Made by a program: the position numbers and the translations under genes. The notes beneath the pieces are model-generated. The model searched no databases. It worked only from the letters and a program-made list of their open reading frames with translations, and was not told the origin of the DNA. A DNA stretch of 34,182 bases. Source: a virus. Lineage: Duplodnaviria; Caudoviricetes. How positions within the stretch are numbered: position 1 is the stretch's first letter; every line of letters begins with the position of its first letter. The DNA lies in the IMG/VR virus record IMGVR_UViG_3300027754_000261, positions 1-34,182 of that record; one strand, 5' to 3'. Below, one piece after another: positions 1 through 8,076 of the stretch.

Positions 1-1
1 C

Positions 2-2692
2 GTTGACCGCTTTGACTCTTCGAAGATCGGTACCGGAGAGGGCGCCGCGGCGTACGGGCATGGCTTGTACTTCGCCGAGAATCCGGAGGTCGCTGACGAG
101 TATCGAAAGAACCTGACGAAAGAGCCAAGTCAGGTAACTTTCGACGGCAAGCCGATCACCACAGAGACCGATCCGCTCATAAGCAATTCTGCCTCCGCTC
201 TGCTTGGTAGCCGCGGCAACATTTCTGCGGCGATAGCCGGGTTTGAAAAGGCCTCGAAGAACTACCGAACTCTGAACAACACGCTGGTCCGGCATGCGGG
301 TAGCGGCCACGCGGATCGCGAAAGCACCGCCGCTAAGATGGACGCGCGCGCTCAATTCCTCAAAGAGCACGGCCACCGTTTCGAGACGAAGATTCCCGGC
401 AACACTTACCACGTCAAGATTGACGCGCACCCGGATCACTTCTTGGATTGGGACGGGCCCACGCGCCGCGATCATCCGCGCGCCAAGGCGCTTGACGAAC
501 TGTACCGCAGCACCCGCGCGGCGCCTATCGGCCAGGGCATCCATCATGGCGGTGTTACCGGCGAAGACATCTACCGCAACCTGACCGCCCAACTCGGCAG
601 CAAAGAAGCCGCGAGTGCCGCGCTGCTCAAAGCAGGCGTGCCCGGCATCCGGTATCTCGACCAAGGTTCGCGCGATGACGGACACGGAACCTCGAACTAT
701 GTCGTGTTTGATGATAAGATGATCAGCATCAAGAGGCGCTATGCGCAAGGTGGGGCAGTGGACAGCGCAGCAGCAAGGGCACTAGAGATCGCGCGGGGCG
801 CATTCGCAAAGGGCGGTCGCCTGAAGCTTCCAGATGCGCCACCTCCCAAGCTTGACCCGGGTATCTCGAACACCGCCGACCCCAATCGCATCGTTTTCCA
901 CGGCACCGGCTCCGGCGGCGTACGTGGGATAAACGTCCCGAGACACATGTGGGAAAACTCCAGGGGCGCCAAGGGGGCGGTGGTCCTTGGCATGAAAGAG
1001 AAAAACAAAGCTCGCGCGGACATTTACGGGCCAGAGAACCGCCCGCCGCTGACGAAGGGCGACATAACATTCATCCACAGTAACACGCTGCGCGATCATT
1101 TCGGCAAATCTGAAAAGGAACAGATCGCCGCAGAGGACGCGGCCCTCGCTCGGTTACGCGCAGCGAAAACGCTATCGAAAGACGCCAACACTCTAGACAA
1201 GAGCGAGAAGCTGGACACCGTAAACCACGAGTACGACGACAAGGGCCGGTCGTACATCGCGCGCGCTCAGAAGGGCGTGGCAGGGCACTCTCTTTACACA
1301 TCCGGGGTCGGCGATAAACGTGAGTTCCATATCATCAACACATGCGCGGGGCAGACCGCGGGGTGCGGTGGTGGGGTTGACTCTGATGGCGTGACAGACA
1401 CGACGCGCGGCTCTTGCTTCGCGCCTCACGCCGAAGCGCAGTACGGCGGCGCCGCGTCCCGCCGCGCGTCGCAGACGCAGGCGAAGCATGACCCGGCCAT
1501 GACGAAGGATTGGATATTGGCTCACACGGGCTCTCTGCGTGCTGCGGCCAAGACGGCAGACCGGGCTAACAAGAGGTTCTTATTCCGCCCCAACGTAGTG
1601 GACGAAACTGACAACACGTCTCGCTATGCGATCCAGGGCCTGAACCGGCAGCGCGTCGCTAAGGGACTGCCAGTTATGGAAGCCAACTCCTATGGCAAAA
1701 CTAACGAGTTGCATGACCCGGAAAACGGCTGGCACGTCACGTATTCCAACGTCGGGCCGAAGGTCAAGCTAGGGGCATCCATAAAGGAAAACATCACAAG
1801 AGATTCGTCCAGAGTGTCACAGACAATCCGTGCGCAGAATAAGGCTGGCGGCGCTGACTTTGCGAACGAGCAGGGCAACAAGACGCCTCCGAAAAACTCG
1901 TACATGGTCACGGATGTCGTCAGGGATACGCCTCTCGCCGACAAGATGCACAAGTCGCTCAAGTATGCCAAGTACTGGGGTGTCGGCAGGCCGGTCACGT
2001 CCCTTTCCGAGCAGGAAGCCAAGGAAGGGAAAGAGGACCACTACGACGGCGCGGGTAAGCCTACGACTCCGGACAAGGCGCACTACGGCCACACAACGCT
2101 GAATGGCAAGAGATTCGACTATCAGAAGCAGCACATCTTGCCGCCGCGTCTCGTCGCGGTTGGAAAAAACGATGACGGCACACCGCACGTAATTCCCACG
2201 GACTCGCGGTTCAAGGATAACGATTTCCTGCCGAAGAAGCGGTACATGTCGCCCAACGGCAAGGCAGCGGGCGCAATTTTGATGACGACCCCAACTACCT
2301 CTACCTCGGGGGTCGGCCACAAAACTAGCTTCACGCATCACGTCGGCCCGGAGCACATTGAGCACGCGCTGAAGAACAACGGTGAATATGAGATCGACGC
2401 CCCCGCGCTGCAGGAAGCCGCCGCGGGCAACGAGTACGTGGCACCGCGCTCCGCCCATCGCGCGGGCGGTGCCACGTGGCGCACGCCACCTACCGATGAT
2501 GCGTGTGAATTTCCGGAGCAGAGCTTTACCGCGCAGGCACATAACGCCCACAGGGGTGATGGAGATGAAGACCATGCCGCAGCGCCCCCTCGGGCTGTGG
2601 GCGGTCCTGGCGCCGAGCACGCGCTTGCTCTAACGTCGCCGCAGAACCTCGCCGCTGCCCGAGCGCAGGCAGCACAACCGGGACGCCGGTAA
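2..2692 (+). CDS. Large multidomain (polyvalent-type) protein, 5'-truncated: ART-PolyVal-like domain + GP88-like Cys domain
   Basis: Frame is open from base 2 (VDRFDSSKIGTGEGAAAYGHGLYFAE), so the track's start at 65 is not the real start. FDxxKIGTGEG..AYGHGLYFAE and GVPGIRYLD..GTSNYVVFDD are typical of ART-like domains of phage polyvalent proteins. NTC-x6-C...C, FRPNVVDE, NSYGK and HVTYS resemble gene product 88. Confidence 0.75.
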   Translation, partial: VDRFDSSKIGTGEGAAAYGHGLYFAENPEVADEYRKNLTKEPSQVTFDGKPITTETDPLISNSASALLGSRGNISAAIAGFEKASKNYRTLNNTLVRHAGSGHADRESTAAKMDARAQFLKEHGHRFETKIPGNTYHVKIDAHPDHFLDWDGPTRRDHPRAKALDELYRSTRAAPIGQGIHHGGVTGEDIYRNLTAQLGSKEAASAALLKAGVPGIRYLDQGSRDDGHGTSNYVVFDDKMISIKRRYAQGGAVDSAAARALEIARGAFAKGGRLKLPDAPPPKLDPGISNTADPNRIVFHGTGSGGVRGINVPRHMWENSRGAKGAVVLGMKEKNKARADIYGPENRPPLTKGDITFIHSNTLRDHFGKSEKEQIAAEDAALARLRAAKTLSKDANTLDKSEKLDTVNHEYDDKGRSYIARAQKGVAGHSLYTSGVGDKREFHIINTCAGQTAGCGGGVDSDGVTDTTRGSCFAPHAEAQYGGAASRRASQTQAKHDPAMTKDWILAHTGSLRAAAKTADRANKRFLFRPNVVDETDNTSRYAIQGLNRQRVAKGLPVMEANSYGKTNELHDPENGWHVTYSNVGPKVKLGASIKENITRDSSRVSQTIRAQNKAGGADFANEQGNKTPPKNSYMVTDVVRDTPLADKMHKSLKYAKYWGVGRPVTSLSEQEAKEGKEDHYDGAGKPTTPDKAHYGHTTLNGKRFDYQKQHILPPRLVAVGKNDDGTPHVIPTDSRFKDNDFLPKKRYMSPNGKAAGAILMTTPTTSTSGVGHKTSFTHHVGPEHIEHALKNNGEYEIDAPALQEAAAGNEYVAPRSAHRAGGATWRTPPTDDACEFPEQSFTAQAHNAHRGDGDEDHAAAPPRAVGGPGAEHALALTSPQNLAAARAQAAQPGRR

Positions 2693-2713
2693 CACCTAGC
2701 TAGGAGACGACCC

Positions 2714-4009
2714 ATGTCTGACGCATCCAAGGCCGCGCGAGCGGCGATGAAATCCAAGGCCGAGCGCATCGCTGGCGGCGACCCGAAACGCAAGGTCGAC
2801 GCGTCCAGTTGGACGCCGCCGGAGCCGCTGAACACCACCGCCAAGACCGGCCTGCGCCCCGTGTCGCGCCGCGCGTACAAGAAGGGCGGCAAGGTTCTTG
2901 GCGTGCCCTGCGTCATGCGCGCCGACCGCAAGCCGCGCAAGTCCGGCGGCGCGACCGAGAACGTCAACGCCAAGATCAACCGCAACGTCAAGGATGCGAA
3001 CGCCGAAGACTTCGGCAAGCCGCATATCGGCGGCTTGAAGACCGGCGGTCGTGCGAAGCGTGCTGATGGCGGGCAGACCGCTTACTCGGACGCGCTGCCG
3101 CGCAACACCTACCGCGACAAGGAAGTCGAGAACACCACGGCCAAGTCGACGCCAGCAGTGTCGAAGATCGCCAAGGCCAAGGGCGGCGAGGCCAAGCCGC
3201 CGCGCTACAGCAGGGCAGCCGTGGACGCCGCTATCGCGTCGTCCAATCGCTCTGGCCGGAAGATCGGTGGCAAGGAAGCTGCCAAGATTCATGCCTTGCT
3301 CAAGGGCCCATACGAGACTGGTGATGCCGATACGGACGGGTTCCGCCGCGCCGCTGCGCTTGCTGGCACCGAAAGCGCGATTGACACCTACCGCGACATC
3401 ACCAAGAAGGCTAAGGGCGGCTCTGTGCCGATGAAGGACTTCCTGAATGGCATCAAGGACAAGATGAAGAAGCGCACGACCGCGCCGGGCCTGCAGAAGC
3501 GCGGCACGTTCCCGACTTCCATGTCGAAGGATGACGACAAGGCGTTCGACGCGAACCGCGCCGACATCATGGAAGCCTCGTACAACGACTACAAGGCCAA
3601 GAAGGGTAAGCCGTCCACGCCGACTGTTGACCTGAGCGAGCCGGACTACAAGCGCACCGCGCGCAAGTCTGGCGGTCGTGCGAAGGGCAAGACGAACATC
3701 AACATCATCATCAGCGCCGGTAAGGGCGGCGCTCCCGCCGCCCCGGGCGACACGGGCCCCGTTCGCCCGCCGATGCCCGCGCCGATGCCCGCGCCGATGC
3801 CGTCTCCCGCCGCCCCTCCGCCTCCGATGGCCGGTGGCGCTCCGCCGATGCCGATGCCGCGCCCGCCCGGCGCTCCTCCGGGCCTCGTTGGCCGCAAGCA
3901 GGGTGGCCGTGTCGGCCACCGCTCGTACAAGTCCTACAAAGACATGGACGCGGGCGGCTTGAGCGGTCTCGGTCGCCTCGAAAAGACGGCCATTGCAAAA
4001 AGCAAATAG
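2714..4009 (+). CDS. Lys/Arg-rich low-complexity putative internal head protein with 8 xKxGG/xAxGG motifs and a Pro/Met-rich tail
   Basis: AGGAG RBS, ATG, strong GC3 bias, followed by a terminator hairpin. Function inferred from composition and position. Confidence 0.75.
   Translation: MSDASKAARAAMKSKAERIAGGDPKRKVDASSWTPPEPLNTTAKTGLRPVSRRAYKKGGKVLGVPCVMRADRKPRKSGGATENVNAKINRNVKDANAEDFGKPHIGGLKTGGRAKRADGGQTAYSDALPRNTYRDKEVENTTAKSTPAVSKIAKAKGGEAKPPRYSRAAVDAAIASSNRSGRKIGGKEAAKIHALLKGPYETGDADTDGFRRAAALAGTESAIDTYRDITKKAKGGSVPMKDFLNGIKDKMKKRTTAPGLQKRGTFPTSMSKDDDKAFDANRADIMEASYNDYKAKKGKPSTPTVDLSEPDYKRTARKSGGRAKGKTNINIIISAGKGGAPAAPGDTGPVRPPMPAPMPAPMPSPAAPPPPMAGGAPPMPMPRPPGAPPGLVGRKQGGRVGHRSYKSYKDMDAGGLSGLGRLEKTAIAKSK
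3769..3801 (+). repeat. 12-nt tandem repeat GCCGATGCCCGC (~2.75 copies) encoding PMPA repeats
   Basis: Seen directly in the sequence. Confidence 0.8.
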
Positions 4010-4019
4010 TTCTCTGTAG

Positions 4020-4058
4020 AAAAGCCGGGTGGGAGTGTTGCGCTCTCACCCGGCTTTT
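4020..4058 (+). terminator. Rho-independent terminator, probably bidirectional
   Basis: AAAAGCCGGGTGGGAG-TGTTGCG-CTCTCACCCGGCTTTT: 16-bp stem with one G.U, A-tract before and T-tract after, 10 nt after the stop at 4009. Confidence 0.85.
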
Positions 4059-4072
4059 AATTGGATGGAAAG

Positions 4073-4270
4073 ATGATCACGCAATCCACAGCATTCCAAC
4101 GCGAGTTGGAGAAGCTGGTCTTGGAAGAAATCACCAGCCTCAAGAACTCCTTGGCAGCGAACATCACTGCCGAGCTTCCCCAATTGCGCTTCACCATGGG
4201 CCAGATCGCCGTGTTCGAGCGCCTGCCGGAAATGTTCGACCAAGTCGCGCTCCTCCTGGAGCGCCGCTAA
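4073..4270 (+). CDS. Small hypothetical protein preceding GroES
   Basis: ATG at 4073 after GGAAAG, helical amphipathic sequence, fills the operon gap. Confidence 0.7.
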   Translation: MITQSTAFQRELEKLVLEEITSLKNSLAANITAELPQLRFTMGQIAVFERLPEMFDQVALLLERR

Positions 4271-4303
4271 CCCCGATCCACAACCACGAAGGAAGAGAAG
4301 AAG

Positions 4304-4771
4304 ATGGTCAAAGCCGTAACGAAATCGAAGAAAACCAAGCTCACCCTGGTCGCCCCAACTCCGCTGGAGTTGCAGTCCATCGGCAAGATCGCCATGACCC
4401 ACACCATCGATCCGAAGAGCGTCGCGCTGACGGAAGTCGGTGACACGTCGAAGATCGTCGTGTTCAATAATCAGGTGCTGATCGCCGTTTACATCCGCCC
4501 GGAGCGGACCAAGAGCGGCCTGCTGCTTTCGCAAGGGGCCCGTGACGAAGACAAGTACCAGTCCAAGGTCGGCCTCATCTTGAAGACCGGCCCCGACGCG
4601 TTCCTCGACGAAGATGGCCGCTGGTTCAAGAACGCCGCCATCGGCGTCGGCGACTGGATCGTGTTCCGTCCGTCGGACGGCTGGAACATCGAAGTCAACG
4701 GGCGCCTGTGCCGCATGCTGGACGACACGTCCGTCCGCATGACTATCGATCACCCCGACCGCGTTTGGTAA
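4304..4771 (+). CDS. groES: GroES/Cpn10-like co-chaperonin
   Basis: NNQVLIAV..PERTKSGLLL (mobile loop), GLILKTGPDAF, VGDWIVF, IEVNG..RMLDDTSV match the Cpn10 pattern. About 50-aa N-terminal extension, with an alternative ATG near 4394. Confidence 0.85.
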   Translation: MVKAVTKSKKTKLTLVAPTPLELQSIGKIAMTHTIDPKSVALTEVGDTSKIVVFNNQVLIAVYIRPERTKSGLLLSQGARDEDKYQSKVGLILKTGPDAFLDEDGRWFKNAAIGVGDWIVFRPSDGWNIEVNGRLCRMLDDTSVRMTIDHPDRVW

Positions 4772-4782
4772 AGGAACTGACC

Positions 4783-5652
4783 ATGGCTGAAAACGAAGAC
4801 ACGACGGCTGACGACAAGATCATCGCGGCAGAACACGATACCGGTCCCGAAGAGGCGACCGAAGACAGCCTCGCCAACCTCCGCGAGCAACTGGCCACCG
4901 AGAAAGCCGCACGCGTAGCCGCAGAGACGAACGCGCGTAGCGCAATCGCCACCGCCGACCGTGCTACCGGCGACACGCACGCTGCGAACCTGCATCTCGT
5001 GAACAGCACGATTGGCCGGTTCAAGAACGAGCAGGAAACGCTCAAGGCCCAGTACCGCGACGCGATGTCTGCGAGCAACTTCGACGCTGCCGCAGAGATC
5101 AATCAGGCGATGTCGGACAACTCGGCGAAGCTCCTGCAACTTGAGAACGGCAAGGATGAACTGGAGCGGAACCCGCCGCGCGCGGAAGTGTCGCGCACGG
5201 TTACCGACCCCGTCGAAGCGTTCGCCGCGGCCCTCACGCCGCGGAGCGCGGAGTGGGTGCGCAAGCACCCGCAGTACGTCACTGACCCGCGCCTGAACCA
5301 GAAGATGATCGCCGCGCATAACTTTGCCGTCGCCGACGGCTTTGTTGCGGATACCGATGCCTACTTCGCCGAGGTCGAGACGATTCTCAAGCCGCGCGGC
5401 TCGGCTCCGGAAGTCACCCGCACCCAGGACGACGACGCCTTCGCTGGCGCCGCCACAGTCGTGGCCAAGCGCGGAGCCCCCGCGGCGGCGCCGGTCAGCC
5501 GGAGCGGCAACGCTGCCGGTACCCGCACCAACTCGCTCACGCTTACCCCCGCAATGCGGGAAGCGGCCCGCGCATCGGGGCAGACCGATGACGAGTACGC
5601 CAAGAACTACCTTGCCCTGAAAAGGGAAGGCAAAATCGGCACAGGCCGGTAG
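4783..5652 (+). CDS. Putative capsid scaffolding protein
   Basis: ATG at 4783 after AAGGAA. Acidic N-terminus, coiled coil, C-terminal LTPAMREAARASGQTDDEYAK helix-turn-helix typical of scaffolds. Lies upstream of the capsid genes. Confidence 0.75.
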   Translation: MAENEDTTADDKIIAAEHDTGPEEATEDSLANLREQLATEKAARVAAETNARSAIATADRATGDTHAANLHLVNSTIGRFKNEQETLKAQYRDAMSASNFDAAAEINQAMSDNSAKLLQLENGKDELERNPPRAEVSRTVTDPVEAFAAALTPRSAEWVRKHPQYVTDPRLNQKMIAAHNFAVADGFVADTDAYFAEVETILKPRGSAPEVTRTQDDDAFAGAATVVAKRGAPAAAPVSRSGNAAGTRTNSLTLTPAMREAARASGQTDDEYAKNYLALKREGKIGTGR

Positions 5653-5662
5653 GAGAAGAGCC

Positions 5663-6319
5663 ATGGAAAACAACGAGACGCCGACCACGAAGCCCAAGCG
5701 CCAGCGCCGCCCGCGCGCCGATCACGTCGTCCCTGGCACGCCGACGCCCGCCGCGCCGGACGCGCCTCCGAACGAACACGGCGGCGCCAGCCCCACGCCA
5801 AGTCCGGCAGTGCCGCGCCAGGAGATGCGCAAGCCCATGCGAGACGAAGACCCGCGCGACGCGGCGGCAAAGCGCACCGCCGAAATCTTGGGCCACCTCA
5901 ACGGTGACCTTGGCGACGCCGCCAACGAGTTCTACTTCGACATCAGCATCATTCCCGATGGCTGGACGTACGAGTGGAAACGGCACACCGTTTTCAACAA
6001 GGAAGACCCGGGCTATACGGTGCAGCTTCGCCGCACTGGTTGGGAGCCCGTCACCGCGGGGCGCCACCCCGACATGATGCCCATCGGCACGCCGCCGGAC
6101 GCCCCCATCGAGCGCAAGGGGCAGATGCTCATGCAGCGCCCGCAGGAGATCACCGACCGCGTGATGAAGATCGACAGCCAGCGCGCTCGCGATCAGGTCC
6201 GCGTCAAGGAAGCGCAACTGAACGCGGCCCCGGATGGCCAGTTCAGCCGCACCGAAGACGCGCGCACCAAGCCGGTCGTCAGGAAGTCGTACGAGGCGAT
6301 GCCGGTCCCAAAAGAGTAG
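5663..6319 (+). CDS. Phage head-module protein of unknown function
   Basis: AGGAG RBS. IPDGWTYEWKR...GWEPV...GQMLMQRP pattern is familiar from genes between scaffold and capsid in this phage type. Confidence 0.75.
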   Translation: MENNETPTTKPKRQRRPRADHVVPGTPTPAAPDAPPNEHGGASPTPSPAVPRQEMRKPMRDEDPRDAAAKRTAEILGHLNGDLGDAANEFYFDISIIPDGWTYEWKRHTVFNKEDPGYTVQLRRTGWEPVTAGRHPDMMPIGTPPDAPIERKGQMLMQRPQEITDRVMKIDSQRARDQVRVKEAQLNAAPDGQFSRTEDARTKPVVRKSYEAMPVPKE

Positions 6320-6342
6320 GCACGGTATTCGTACGCTCGGCG

Positions 6343-6380
6343 AAGGGGCCGCACATTTTTCGTGCGGCCCCTTTCTTTTT
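6343..6380 (+). terminator. Rho-independent terminator
   Basis: AAGGGGCCGCAC-ATTTTTC-GTGCGGCCCCTT followed by TCTTTTT. Confidence 0.9.
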
Positions 6381-6381
6381 G

Positions 6382-6410
6382 TTGCATTTAGGAAATGTCG
6401 TTTCTACCGT
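6382..6410 (+). promoter_or_regulatory. Putative sigma70-type promoter for the capsid operon
   Basis: TTGCAT-N17-TACCGT in an AT-rich patch directly after the terminator. Confidence 0.55.
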
Positions 6411-6417
6411 GACATTA

Positions 6418-6493
6418 GCTCCCCTCGGTGGGGAGCCTGACTTCAACCGGCCCCTAGTTGCTCGGTGCAATGACGGTGCCTCCTAGTAAGGAG
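6418..6493 (+). promoter_or_regulatory. Structured 5' leader with two identical-loop hairpins and an RBS-occluding hairpin
   Basis: GCTCCCC-TCGGT-GGGGAGC (6418-6436), TTGC-TCGGT-GCAA (6458-6470), CTCCT-AGTA-AGGAG (6480-6493). Confidence 0.5.
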
Positions 6494-6503
6494 AGCTTCC
6501 GTT

Positions 6504-7133
6504 ATGGCGAATAGCAATTCCCCTTTCGGATTCATGCAGTATTACGGCGGTGCAGGTGGCGCGCCCACGTTCGCGCAGAGCACCTACCGCATCGCTTCCG
6601 GCAACTCGACCGCGATCTACTTCGGTGACGCAGTCGTGCCGGTCACCGGCACCCCCACCGGCCTGATTACCCAGGCGACGGCGAGCACTGTCGTGATCAC
6701 CGGCATCTTCGTCGGCTGCAAGTACCTGTCGACCTCGCAGAAGCGCCCCGTGTGGGGGCGCTACTGGCCGGGCGCGGATGCTACTGGCGACGTCGAAGCC
6801 TACGTGATCGACGACCCCAACGCTCGCTTCGTTGTCATGGGCGGCGGTACCACGTTCAACGCCACCGGCACCCTGTCGGCGATGACGGCCTCTCCGATTG
6901 GCCAGTACGCGCAGCTTAACGTCGGCACGGGCAACGCTGCCACTGGCGCGAGCGGCATGTACATCGACACGAAGGGCACCACCGTCACGTACCCGTTCAT
7001 CGTCACCGGCCTGATCACCGATCCTCCGGGCGCCGTCGGCTCCGACCCGTTCACCGCGTACAACTGGGTCATCGTCGGCTTCAACAACCAGATCAACCGC
7101 ACCAACGGTGCGGGCCCGACTGGCATCTCCTAA
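6504..7133 (+). CDS. Capsid decoration/minor capsid protein
   Basis: MANSNSPFGF...IYFGDAV...GIFVGCKY...VIDDP pattern, directly upstream of the MCP, high-expression codon bias. Confidence 0.75.
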   Translation: MANSNSPFGFMQYYGGAGGAPTFAQSTYRIASGNSTAIYFGDAVVPVTGTPTGLITQATASTVVITGIFVGCKYLSTSQKRPVWGRYWPGADATGDVEAYVIDDPNARFVVMGGGTTFNATGTLSAMTASPIGQYAQLNVGTGNAATGASGMYIDTKGTTVTYPFIVTGLITDPPGAVGSDPFTAYNWVIVGFNNQINRTNGAGPTGIS

Positions 7134-7146
7134 GGAGTAGGGAACC

Positions 7147-8061
7147 ATGGCAATCAATCTTTCCCAGATCAAAGACCTGCTCCTCCCCGGCCTCCGTGGG
7201 GTTGAGGGCAAGTACGAGATGATCCCGTCGCAGTACGACAAAATCTTCACCAAGCACATGTCGGGCATGGCCCTCGAGCGCACCGCAGAAATGCGGTACC
7301 TGGGCCTTGCGCAGTTGAAGACCGAGGGCGGTCAGACTGCGTTCGACTCCGGCGCTGGTGAGCGTTTCGTCTACAACCAGGAGCACACGGAAATCGCCCT
7401 TGGCTACGCGATCACTCGCAAGGCCATCGACGACAACCTCTACAAGACGCAGTTCCACCCGTCGAACCTTGGCCTGATCGAGTCGTTCGGTCAGACGAAG
7501 GAAATCTACGGCGCGAACATCCTGAACACGGCGACCACGTACAACGCCAACTTCGGCGGCGACGGTAAGGCGCTGTGCGCGACCGACCACCCCATCGACG
7601 GCACCACCGTCGCGAACAAGCCGACCGTCCAGGCCGACTTGAACGAAGCCTCGCTGCTGAACGGCATGATCGCCGTCCGCACGAACTTCAAGGATCAGGC
7701 TGGCCTGAAGGTCTTCGCCCGTGCCCGCAAGCTGATCATCGCCCCGCAGAACGAACCGGTCGCCATCCGTCTGGTCAAGACGGAACTGCGCCCCGGCACC
7801 GCCGACAACGACGTCAACGCCATCATGATGACTTCGGGTGGTCTGCCCGAGTCGTATATGGTGAACGACTTCCTGACCTCGGCGTTCCCGTGGTTCCTGC
7901 TCACGAACATCGACGGGCTCTCCTACATGGAGCGCGTGAAGTTCGAGACGGACATGCAGGTCGACTTCGTCACCGACAACCTGTTGGTCAAGGGCTATGA
8001 GCGGTACTCGTTCGGGTACTACAACTGGCGTGCGATCTACGGCTCGTTCCCGACCTCGTAA
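7147..8061 (+). CDS. Major capsid protein (HK97 fold, Mu gpT-like family)
   Basis: IKDLLLPGL, IALGYAITRKAIDDNLY, GGDGKALCATDHP, LRPGTADNDVNA, ERYSFGYYNWRAIYGS. AAGGAG RBS. Confidence 0.93.
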   Translation: MAINLSQIKDLLLPGLRGVEGKYEMIPSQYDKIFTKHMSGMALERTAEMRYLGLAQLKTEGGQTAFDSGAGERFVYNQEHTEIALGYAITRKAIDDNLYKTQFHPSNLGLIESFGQTKEIYGANILNTATTYNANFGGDGKALCATDHPIDGTTVANKPTVQADLNEASLLNGMIAVRTNFKDQAGLKVFARARKLIIAPQNEPVAIRLVKTELRPGTADNDVNAIMMTSGGLPESYMVNDFLTSAFPWFLLTNIDGLSYMERVKFETDMQVDFVTDNLLVKGYERYSFGYYNWRAIYGSFPTS

Positions 8062-8076
8062 GCAGGAGCCAGAAAC

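Noticed and set aside
4708-4782. Upstream extensions given by the ORF track (4708, also 11002, 17236, 29465, 31048, 32357)
   Set aside because: They overlap real upstream genes; downstream starts with RBS or stop-start coupling fit better.
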